Positions 28,501-39,899 of a stretch of 64,000 nt of DNA are shown here, piece by piece. Both the position numbers and the translations under genes were made by a program. The notes under the pieces were generated by a model that saw only the letters and a list, made by a program, of their open reading frames with translations, was not told where the DNA came from and searched no databases. The DNA is from Chrysomallon squamiferum. Its lineage: Eukaryota; Animalia; Mollusca. Location: the NCBI GenBank assembly GCA_012295275.1, contig CM022678.1, positions 18,972,001 to 19,036,000 on the forward strand, written 5' to 3'. The first letter of the stretch is position 1, and the number at the start of each line of letters is the position of its first letter.

Positions 28501-31500
28501 ACACGTAGCAGCTGCACGTGGAAATATAGAAATTGTGACTGCACTGATTGAAAAAGGTGTTGATGTAAATATTAAAAACAGCGAAGGTATAAATCCTCTT
28601 TTTATTGCTGTTTTCTACAAACAGAACAAAATATGTTTTTATTTACTGAAACACGGAGCTGATCCTAATTTAACACTTAATGATGAAATTTCTGTTTTAC
28701 ACGTAGCAGTTGCACGTGGAAATATAGAAATTGTGAGTGCACTGATTGAAAAAGGTGTTGATGTAAATAGTAAAAACATCGAAGGTATAACTCCTCTCTC
28801 TGCAGCTGTTCTGTCTGAACAAAACAAAGTTGTTTGCTATTTACTGGAACATGGAGCTGATCCTAATTTAACACTTAATGATGAAAGTTCTGTTTTACAC
28901 GTAGCAGTTGCACATGGAAATATAGAAATTGTGAGTGCACTGATTGAAAAAGGTGTTGATGTAAATAGTAAAAACAGCAAAGGTGCAACTCCACTTATTG
29001 CAGCTGTTCGGTATCATCAAAACATAGTTGTTTTGTATTTACTGGAACATGGAGCTGATCCTAAGTTAACACTTAATGATGAAAGTTCTGTTTTACACGT
29101 AGCAGTTGCACGTGGAAATATAGAAATTGTGAGTGCACTGATTGAAAAAGGTGTTGATGTAAATAGTAAAAACATCGAAGGTATAACTCCTCTCTCTGCA
29201 GCTGTTGTGTCTGAACAAAACAAAGTTGTTTGCTATTTACTGGAACATGGAGCTGATCCTAATTTAACACTTAATGATGAAAGTTCTGTTTTACACGTAG
29301 CAGTTGCACATGGAAATATAGAAATTGTGAGTGCACTGATTGAAAAAGGTGTTGATGTAAATAGTAAAAACAGCAAAGATACAACTCCACTTATTGCAGC
29401 TGTTCGGTATGATCAAAACATAGTTGTTTTGTATTTACTGGAACATGGAGCTGATCCTAAGTTAACACTTAATGATGAAAGTTCTGTTTTACACGTAGCA
29501 GTTGCACGTGGAAATATAGAAATTGTGAGTGCACTGATTGAAAAAGGTGTTGATGTAAATAGTAAAAACAGCAAAGGTACAACTCCACTTATTGCAGCTG
29601 TTCTGTCTGATCAAAACATAGTTGTTTTGTATTTACTGGAACATGGAGCTGATCCTAAGTTAACACTTAATGATGAAAGTTCTGTTTTACTCGTAGCAGT
29701 TGCACGTGGAAATATAGAAATTGTGAGTGCACTGATTGAAAAAGGTGTTGATGTAAATAGTAAAAACAGCAAAGGTACAACTCCACTTATTGCAGCTGTT
29801 CTGTCTGATCAAAACATAGTTGTTTTGTATTTACTGGAACATGGAGCTGATCCTAAGTTAACACTTAATGATGAAAGTTCTGTTTTACACGTAGCAGTTG
29901 CACGTGGAAATATAGAAATTGTGAGTGCACTGATTGAAAAAGGTGTTGATGTAAATAGTAAAAACAGCAAAGGTACAACTCCACTTATTGCAGCTGTTCG
30001 ACATGATCAAAACATAGTTGTTTTGTATTTATTGGAACATGGAGCTGATCCTAATTTAACAGACAATGATGACAATTCTGCTTTAAACATAGCAGCTGCA
30101 CATGGAAATATAGATGTTGTGACAGCGCTTATTGAAAAAGGTTTTGATGTAAACAGTAAAAAGAGCAAAGGTACAACTCCACTTATTGCAGCTGTTCGGT
30201 CTGATCAAAACAAAGTTGTTTTGTATTTATTGGAACATGGAGCTGATCCTAATTTAACAGACAATGATGACAATTCTACTTTAAACATAGCAGCTGCACA
30301 TGGAAATATAGACGTTGTGACAGCGCTTATTGAAAAAGGTTTTGATGTAAACAGTAAAAACAGCAAAGGTATAACTCCTCTTTCTCATGCTGTTTTCAGC
30401 AAACATAACAATATATGTTTTTATTTACTGGAACATGGAGCTGATCCTAATTTAAAACTTTATGATGACAATTCTATTTTACACATAGCAGCTGCACGTG
30501 GAAATATGGAAATTGTGACTGCACTGATTGAAAAAGGTGTTGATGTAAATAGTAAAAACAGCAAAGGTACAACTCCACTTATTGCAGCTGTTCTGTCTGA
30601 TCAAAACAAAGTTGTTTTGTATTTATTGGAACATGGAGCTGATTCTAACATAACACATAATGATGACAATTCTGTTTTACACATAGAAGCTGCACGTGGA
30701 AATATGGAAATTGTGACTGCACTGATTGAAAAAGGTGTTGATGTAAATATTAAAAACAGCGAAGGCATAACTCCTCTTTTTGCAGCTTCTTTTTGTAAAC
30801 AGGACAAAGTAGTTTTATGTTTGCTGGAACATGGAGCTGATCCTAACTTAACATGCAATGATCACAATTCCGTTTTACACGTAGCATCTGAACATGGATA
30901 CATAGAAATTGTGACAGCACTGATTGAAAAATGTGTTGATGTAAATATTAAAAACAGCGAAGGTGAAACTTCACTTATTGCAGCTGTTTGGTCTGATCAA
31001 AACAAAGTTGTTTTGTATTTATTGGAACATGGAGCTGATCCTAATTTAACAGACAATGATGACAATTCTGTTTTACACGTAGCAGCTGCACATGGAAATA
31101 TAGATGTTGTGACAGCGCTTATTGAAAAAGGTTTTGATGTAAACAGTAAAAACAGCAAAGGTAAAACTCCACTTATTGCAGCTGTTCGGTCTGATCAAAA
31201 CAAAGTTGTTTTCTATTTACTGGAACATGGAGCTGATCCTAATTTAAAACTTTATGATGACAATTCTGTTTTACACATAGCAGCTGCACGTGGAAATATG
31301 GAAATTGTGACTGCACTGATTGAAAAAGGTGTTGATGTAAATAGTAAAAACAGCAAAGGTACAACTCCACTTATTGCAGCTGTTCTGTCTGATCAAAACA
31401 AAGTTGTTTTGTATTTATTGGAACATGGAGCTGATTCTAACATAACACTTAATGATGACAATTCTGTTTTACACATAGAAGCTGCACGTGGAAATATGGA

Positions 31501-33784
31501 AATTGTGACTGCACTGATTGAAAAAGGTGTTGATGTAAATATTAAAAACAGCGAAGGCATAACTCCTCTTTTTGCAGCTTCTTTTTGTAAACAGGACAAA
31601 GTAGTTTTATGTTTGCTGGAACATGGAGCTGATCCTAACTTAACATGCAATGATCACAATTCCGTTTTACACGTAGCATCTCAACATGGATACATAGAAA
31701 TTGTGACAGCACTGATTGAAAAAGGTGTTGATGTAAATAGTAAAAACAGCAAAGGTACAACTCCACTTATTGCAGCTGTTTGGTCTGATCAAAACAAAGT
31801 TGTTTTGTATTTATTGGAACATGGAACTGATCCTAATTTAACAGACAATGATGACAATTCTGCTTTAAACATAGCAGCTGTAACTGGAAATATGGAAATT
31901 GTGACAGCACTGATTGAAAAAGGTGTTCATGTAAATAGTAAAAACAGCGAAGGTATAACTCCTCTTTCTGTAGCTGTTGTGTCTGAACAAAACAAAGTTG
32001 TTTTCTATTTACTGGAACATGGAGCTGATACTAATTTAACTAATGATCGTGACTGTTCTGTTTTACTCTTAGCAGCTGCAATTGGAAATATTGAACTTGT
32101 GACAGCACTGATTGAAAAAGGTGTTGATGTAAATATTAAAAACAGCGAAGGTATAACTCCTCTTTTTGAAGCTGTTCTGTCTGAGCAAAACAAATTTGTT
32201 TTCTATTTACTGGAACATGGAGCTGATCCTAATTTAAAACTTAATGATGACAATTCTGTTTTGCACGTAGCAGCTGCACATGGAAATATAGATGTTGTGA
32301 CAGCGCTTATTGAAAAAGGTGTTGATGTAAATGGTAGAAACAGCGACGGTACAACTCCTCTTTTTGCAGCTCTTTTTAACAGTAAAGTTGATCCATGTCT
32401 AAAGGATGAAAAATGTAAAGTAATTTTGTATTTACTTGAACATGGAGCTGATCCTAATTTAACACGTAATGATGACAATTCTGTTTTACATTTAGCAGCT
32501 GCACGTGGAAATATAGAAATTGTGACTGCACTGATTGGAAAAGGTGTTGATGTAAATAGTAAAAACAGCGAAGGTATAACTCCTCTTTTTGCAGCTTCTT
32601 TTTGTAAACAGGACAAAGTAGTTTTATCTTTGCTGGAACATGGAGCTGATCCTAACTTAACACGCAATGATCACAATTCCGTTTTAAACGTAGCATCTGA
32701 ACATGGAAACATAGAAATTGTGACAGCACTCATTGAAAAATGTGTTGATGTAAATATTAAAAACAGCGAAGGTGAAACTTCACTTTTTACAGCCTCGCTC
32801 TATGGACAGAACAAAGTAGTGTTGTGTTTACTTGAACATGGAGCTGATCCTAATTTAACACGTAATGATGACAATTCTGTTTTACACGTAGCAGCTGCAC
32901 GTGGAAATATAGAAATTGTGACTGCACTGATTGAAAAATGTGTTGATGTAAATAGTAAAAACAGCAAAGGTAGAACTCCTCTTTTTGAAGCTGTTCTGTC
33001 TGAACAAAACAAAGTTGTTTTCTATTTACTGGAACATGGAGCTGATCCTAATTTAAAACTTAATGATGACAATTCTGTTTTACACATATCAGCTGCACAT
33101 GGAAATATAGATGTTGTGACAGCGCTTATTGAAAAAGATGTGTATGTAAATAGTAGAAACAGCGACGGTACAACTCCTCTTTTTGCAGCTCTTTTTAACA
33201 GTAAAGTTGATCCATGTCTAAAGGATGAAAAATGTAAAGTAATTTTGTATTTACTTGAACATGGAGCTGATCCTAATTTAACACGTAATGATGACAATTC
33301 TGTTTTACATTTAGCAGCTGCACGTGGAAATATGGAAATTGTGACTGCACTGATTGAAAAAGGTGTTGATGTAAATATTAAAAACAGCGAAGGTATAACT
33401 CCTCTTTTTGCAGCTTCTTTTTGTAAACAGGACAAAGTAGTTTTATGTTTGCTGGAACATGGAGCTGATCCTAACTTAACATGCAATGATCACAATTCCG
33501 TTTTACACGTAGCATCTAAACATGGATACATAGAAATTGTGACAGCACTGATTGAAAAAGGTGTTGATGTAAATATTAAAAACAGCGAAGGTGAAACTTC
33601 ACTTTTTACAGCCTCGCTCTATGGACAGAACAAAGTAGTGTTGTGTTTACTAGAACATGGAGCTGATCCTAATTTAGCACGTAATGATCATAATTCTGTT
33701 TTATACGTAGCATCTGAACATGGAAACATGGAAATTGTGACTGCACTGATTGAAAAAGGTGTTGATGTAAATAGTAGAAACTAG
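22575..33784 (+). CDS. Main coding exon of a giant STAND (nSTAND3-like) NTPase-ankyrin repeat NLR-like protein
   Basis: Uninterrupted ORF (track 22523..33784, 3753 aa). The first ~17 residues of the track ORF are a T-rich acceptor ending tatacag at 22574. Walker A GCPGSGKT, Walker B CVVLIDNIFG, GxP-like LGFPQVC, winged-helix YTFIHQSVFE, then ankyrin repeats (TPL..A / LLEHGADPN / LIEKGVDVN) to the stop. Confidence 0.93.
22640..23560 (+). other. nSTAND3-like P-loop NTPase with helical and winged-helix region
   Basis: VVIVVGCPGSGKTTLAL (Walker A codons 22685-22708), VVLIDNIFG (~22822-22850), IITLR sensor strand, LGFP and FIHQSVFE. This motif order matches animal nSTAND3-ankyrin proteins; assigned by eye, no HMM run. 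Confidence 0.82.
24770..33784 (+). repeat. Coding ankyrin array, ~42 tandem 198-bp (66-aa, two-ankyrin) units plus several divergent N-terminal repeats
   Basis: gaacatggagctgatcct-type motif recurs at 198-bp spacing (25565, 25763, 25961 ... 33455, 33653), with a few 225/231-bp insertion-bearing units. Confidence 0.95.
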
Positions 33785-34586
33785 GTGAAACTCCTCTTTT
33801 GACAGGTGATGAATATGGAAATATAGAAATTGTGACTGCACTGAGTGAAAAGGGTGTTGATGTAAATATTAAAAACAGCTCTTGTGTTCAGATAATTTTG
33901 TATTTTCTGGATCATTGAGCTGATCCTGATTGAATAGCCAATGATAACAATTCTTTTTTTAAACCTAGCAGCTGAACAAGCAAATATGGAATTGTGATAG
34001 CACTGATTGAAAAAGGTGTTGATGTAAATATTAAAAATAACCATGGTATAACTCCTCTTTTTGCAGCTCTTACTAACAGTAAACTCCCCTTTTTACACCT
34101 TCTTTCTGAAGACATAACAAAGTAGTTTTTATTTAATGGAACATGGAGCTGATCCTAATTTTACACTGAATGATGGTAATTCAATTTTACACATAGCATC
34201 TGAACATGGAAATATAGAAACTGTGACTGCACTCATTGAAAAAGGTGTTGATGTAAATAGTAAAAACAGCAGAGGTGAAATTCCTGTTTTTACAGCTGTT
34301 CTGCATAACCAAAGTAGTTTTGTATTTACTAGAAAATGGAGCTGAACCTAATTTGTCATGCAATGAAAACAATTCGGTTTTACACCTAGCAGCTGAACAG
34401 GGTAATACGGAAATTGTGACAGCACTGATTGAAAAATGTGTTGATGTAAATGTTCTTAATTCCAGTGGTGAAACTGCTCATGATAGAGCTAAGAGTTGCA
34501 GATTTCCTCTTATCGAACAGGATACTTTTTTATATTTACTGGATCATGGTGCTAATATTCTAACAGATCAATACATTTTGATATAA
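33785..34586 (+). pseudogene. Degenerate ankyrin units and original C-terminal cap beyond the stop codon
   Basis: Same repeat continues with deletions, frameshifts and stops; track fragments 34136..34345 and 34275..34586 end in a divergent capping repeat ETAHDRA...LLDHGANILTDQYILI*. Confidence 0.8.
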
Positions 34587-35009
34587 AAAAACTGAACTTT
34601 TCAAGCTACACAGACTCACTTTTTTAAGATTATCTGGTGAGAATATTTCAAAATTAAGCAAAAATTATATTTCAGTATGAATTTGATGTTCATTATAAAC
34701 AGAAAACATGTTTGGAAAAAAATCTTAATTTTCTGCTTCATCCTGAAATACTTCCTCATGTAGCTCTATTTTGAACTGATTCCTTTGTGCTTATTTGTAA
34801 TGTAATTTTATTTAGTGTTAAGTAATATGTACGGTTTTAACTTTTCAGTTCAAAAGCCACAACACATTTTCAAAATAAAATTTGTGAAAAAAGTGCATTG
34901 TGATGAAGAATTAAAGTCAGTGTACGACAATGCCGTCTAGTATGTGGTATATCTAGACACTGTAAATTGTTTCTATTCAGTTAGTAATTACTGCACTGTG
35001 CATCTGCTG

Positions 35010-35540
35010 TTTCTATTCTAATATTGTAGTAATGTATATTCATGTTTTTGTTTCTATACAAATATTGCATTACTATGTTCTGTAGACTGCTGTGTGTATT
35101 GAAATGATGTATTAATGTATGGTGTTGTTTTTGTTTTGTTTTTCTGTCCAGATATTGAATAACCCCTTACTGTGCAGTCTGCTAAATATAGTGTATGGTG
35201 TATTTTTGTTTCCATACAAATATTGTATTAGCATATTGTGTAATTTATTGTAGTTATACAAATACTGTATTAACATATGGTAAAGAGTCTATTGTGGTTA
35301 TTCAAATATTGTATTAATGTGTGGTGTAGGTTTTGTTTCTGTACACATATTGTATTACCATATTGTATCATCTATTCTACCTATTCAAATATTGTATAAT
35401 ATAAGGCATAGTATTCGTTTCTATACAAATTTTGTATAACCATATTGTAGTCTTTTGTGTCTATTAAAATATTGTTACAGCTGTACATTTTTTTTTTGTT
35501 TCTATTGAAATATTTTGTTGTCTATTGTATTTGTACATAA
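35010..35540. repeat. Degenerate ~40-bp tandem repeat in the probable 3' UTR
   Basis: Recurring tttctatacaaatattgtatta core; AATAAA follows at 35591. Confidence 0.6.
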
Positions 35541-35927
35541 GAAGAAAAAATATTGTATGAAATTTTCTCTTGATTTTTAATTGCAATCAAAATAAACTTT
35601 TAATAGTTAATGCATTTGATGCAATTATTTATAGGAATATTTCTGACAAACATGTAATTTAAACATTATTGAACATTTTCTGTACCATTCCTTCGTTTAA
35701 CTTGCACCAGTTACCTCGATTCCCGCCATCCCTTTCACACATTCTGGGGAGACCACTGTGATGACTTGATTATTACATGGGTTCCCATTAGACTGCTCAT
35801 ATGTGAAAATAAATGTTAAAAAATAATACTATAATTAAAGTTATGTTTTACTGTTGAGTGCAAAACCTTTGATATATGTTTTGTATTTTTTTATATATAC
35901 ATATATAAGAAAAGTTTTGTATTACTA

Positions 35928-36285
35928 AATGTTTTACTGTGTTTATACTAAAGTAAAGCTGTATATTAATATCTAGGATTTTATTAGTTTTTCACTTTAT
36001 AAAATAGTTCTTTAATACTAAGTGAATATTTTACTATGTTGATACTGAGTAAACTGGTATTTTCATTTTCACTTTATTTACATTTTTATTTTATAAAATT
36101 ATTATGTTTACTGTGTTTATACTAAGAAAAGCTGTATATTAATGTTGTGTAAAGTTTTTTACTTGCTTTTTAACTTTACAAAATTGTTCTGTAATACTAA
36201 GTGAATGTTTTACTATGTTCATACTGATTATTCTGCTATTTTCATTTTTAGTTTATATACATTTTTGTTTTACAAAATGGTTCTC
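35928..36285. repeat. Two-copy ~176-bp tandem duplication
   Basis: atgttt(t)actgtgtttatactaa...aagctgtatattaat...taatactaagtgaat...ttttcattt occurs twice. Confidence 0.75.
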
Positions 36286-36633
36286 TAGTACTAAATATTC
36301 GTATTATAGTATTATAATTTTAAATATAAGATATTTATAGTGTTCTTTTATAAAATGTTTTTTCCTCATGTTTTTAATAAATAAATTTGAATTTTAAAGT
36401 AAAATGTAATGTTATATATGCATACACACATGTATTTAGTCTGCTTTTTACTGTTACTTTGATTTGTTTTATTGTCATAAAAAAGAGAATATCTGAATTT
36501 TTTCTCTCATTAATCAGGAGATTAGTTGATGTAATGTTTGCATTTTGCTAAATTGTCATTAGAAAATAGAGAATGACAAAATTTGTAAAGCAAATGTAAG
36601 TTTTCATTGTGAATCAATTACTTGTTGGGATGA

Positions 36634-36704
<71 letters not shown>

Positions 36705-36979
36705 GAATTATTTTGAGGAATATATTGGACTTTATAATACGTTGAATTATTATTATTATTTTGTTTGTCTTCATGTTTCTTTTAATTCTTGAAGATATTA
36801 TTCTATGTATAATATGGATTTGCTATTTAACTGTATTTTTTCATTAGGATGTAGTATAGAAAAGTAATTTTATATTTTTTTCATTCCTTTATTATTATTA
36901 TTATTATATGTGAGGTAATTTTAGATTTTTCTTTTAATTTTATTCAATTATTAATGATTTGTTGTTGTTGTTGTTCGTC

Positions 36980-37038
<59 letters not shown>

Positions 37039-37402
37039 GACTACTAATGAATCAAAACAGTTTTATTTGTGTTATAATTTAATGTTGTCTGTTTTACAAT
37101 TACACAAAATAATAATAAAAAGATATTGTATAATTTTTTAACTTTGCTTGTTGTGTCAATGTTATATAAACTATGTATGAAATGTGACAGTTTATGCATA
37201 TTTTTTAGTACACTGATATAAATATATAGTTTAAATATATATCTTTATTAATACTTGGCTGTTACATACAATTAATGTTTTCATACACTTATTTTATCGT
37301 CATACACTGAATAAGAAAAGGAAGAACTATTTCTTTAATATATTTAGGTATATTATTGTTGTTATAGTTATTGTTTATTTGGAATCTGTAAAGTTATTTT
37401 TT

Positions 37403-37497
<95 letters not shown>

Positions 37498-37951
37498 ATT
37501 TTTAACTACTTTTTTTCTTATTTAATTTGTTTGGTAGAAATAATTTATTACCTTTATTTTGTGCATCAACTAATTTTAGATCAAACTTCAGATTACTGTT
37601 TTATAATTAACTGCATCTTTAAATAATGGACTGTCTCCCATTTGTTACAAATCCAACTGTTACACATCTAGTTGTTACATTTGTTACAGATTCAGTTGTT
37701 ACACAGTCGTTGGTATGATTTATTAAGTTAACTCTTATAATATTAGTGTAATAGTCAGTGGTGACCAAGTGTTTTTTCATTTTACTTAGTTATTAAATAC
37801 AAAATTAATAAAGAATAAAAACAATAAAAAAATACATTACTAAATACAATAATAATATTGTTGAGACTAGTGACTGGAAATTAATTAACTTTCCAGTATG
37901 ATCGGTAATCAAACCGCTTTAAATTGCTTTATTTTTTTATTTTTTTTTTCG

Positions 37952-37998
<47 letters not shown>

Positions 37999-39345
37999 TT
38001 TTTTTTTTTTTTTGGACTTCTGATAAATTGTAGTAGAGAACAATTGCGTAATTATTTCATTGCCTTTTTGGGGTAATAGCTGGGAAGATTAGTCTGTTAT
38101 TGTATACTAGATAAAGAGCATTTGATTACCATTCACTCGGTCTGTGTTACTGTTGTAACAAATAGGATGATAACCATAACAGTACCCCTCGATTGTAAAT
38201 GTCCATTAAACTGCTAATGTTTTAAAATAACAATTATTATTAAGATGGACTGTATTGTAAATCCACTGACAATTAACATAATAAATATATTTTATAAGTG
38301 GTAATGACTTTCGTTTTCTCTATTAGATTAAGGAAATTTCCTGTATTGTTCAAGAAAAACACACTGGAATGGAATAACGTATTGCACGAATTCACTAGTG
38401 ATGTAGTTTTACAAACCAATGTATCTAACTCTAATAATGAACTCTTCCATTAAAGGAAATTGTGGAAATGTTATCATAAAACAGAGGCGTAGTTTATTAT
38501 CATAATTTCATCATACAGGGTAATAAATAAATTATTCATATCTATTTTTGTTTTCCTGTCCTTATTTCATGGACATCTTTCTGTTCTTTAGTATGATTCA
38601 GGGTATATTCTCTAGGGTTGGTGTAGAATGTCATAAATGTAATTTTTGTTATGTTTCAGTGAGCACTTTTGTTTTCGGTGTTAGATGGGACAGATGGTTA
38701 TGTGAGAATACTTTGATAAAAATAATCTGACTCTTAAAACAACTTTCACATTTTGTTGTTTCACAACTCAAATTATCAGTTTACTGTAACGTCTTTGTAA
38801 CACTTGTTTTATTAGTCACTGAGGCTGCTCAACATTTTTCCAGGTGAATATTACATTAAAGTTAACACACGTGTCACTCTTGTTTTCTGTTTAAATACCT
38901 AGGAGACGTAAATGTTTGTCATTACAGCGACTACTTCACTGATTATGTTTACCTGTCTTGGTACAAATAAAATGAATGATGAAATAAAATTCTTTAATCA
39001 ATTTTACACACATTTAATCCTCTTGAGTGTGGTGACCTCAGAAACATCGGTTAGGACAAAAGTGGGCGACATTGAGGGCAGTTACACATCAGACACGAGT
39101 GTTTCCTCACAACTACTTTTATTGGCTAGGGTACGGGTAGGGTGAACATTAGCGTTAAACATCTGTTTACCTCAACAGATTTTTTGTCTAAAACTTTAAA
39201 TCTTTTATGATGAATGTTCGGATAAAATTGTTAAAGTTTTTATTTAAAAAAACAAACAAATAAAAATAACTATAACTTAGTTACATTTGTGTGTCTGAAT
39301 ATCAGTATGATTATACACATGTGTACCTGTGTATGTGTGCGTCTG

Positions 39346-39425
<80 letters not shown>

Positions 39426-39899
39426 AAAAAGAAATGTATGTCACTTTATATAATTATTAAAGTATGATTAGGTAAACTGGGACAAAACATTTGTTCTAAT
39501 TTTCAGATTTTGACTGTGTAGATTATTTGACGTCATCATTGAGAAAAAAGGCTCAAGAAACTACAATATAGATTTAGTATTTGTTAATCTGACCCATTCT
39601 AATATTATTTAGGTTATTTCCGTTTTGCACGTAAATGTATGTTTTAACCATAATAACAATAATAGTAGCGATTGTTGTAGTAGTAATAATAGTAATAATA
39701 ATAACAACAGTAATAAACAATAATAATAATAATAGTAATATTAATTATAATAATGATAAAAGCAATAACGATAATAATAATAGTAATAATAATAATAATA
39801 TTAATAACAATAATAATAATAACAGCAGTTATAATTTATTGTAAGAACATCATAAAAATAACAATAATAATTAGTAATTTTAATATAAACTATAAGTAA

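Noticed and set aside
24013-33486. Many minus-strand ORFs within the ankyrin exon
   Set aside because: Antisense shadows of the repetitive coding strand.
22575-33784. Bacterial endosymbiont, viral or latrotoxin-like origin of the intronless ankyrin ORF
   Set aside because: Flanked by spliceosomal exons, microsatellites and host transposons; the N-terminal domain is a STAND NTPase, not a toxin domain.
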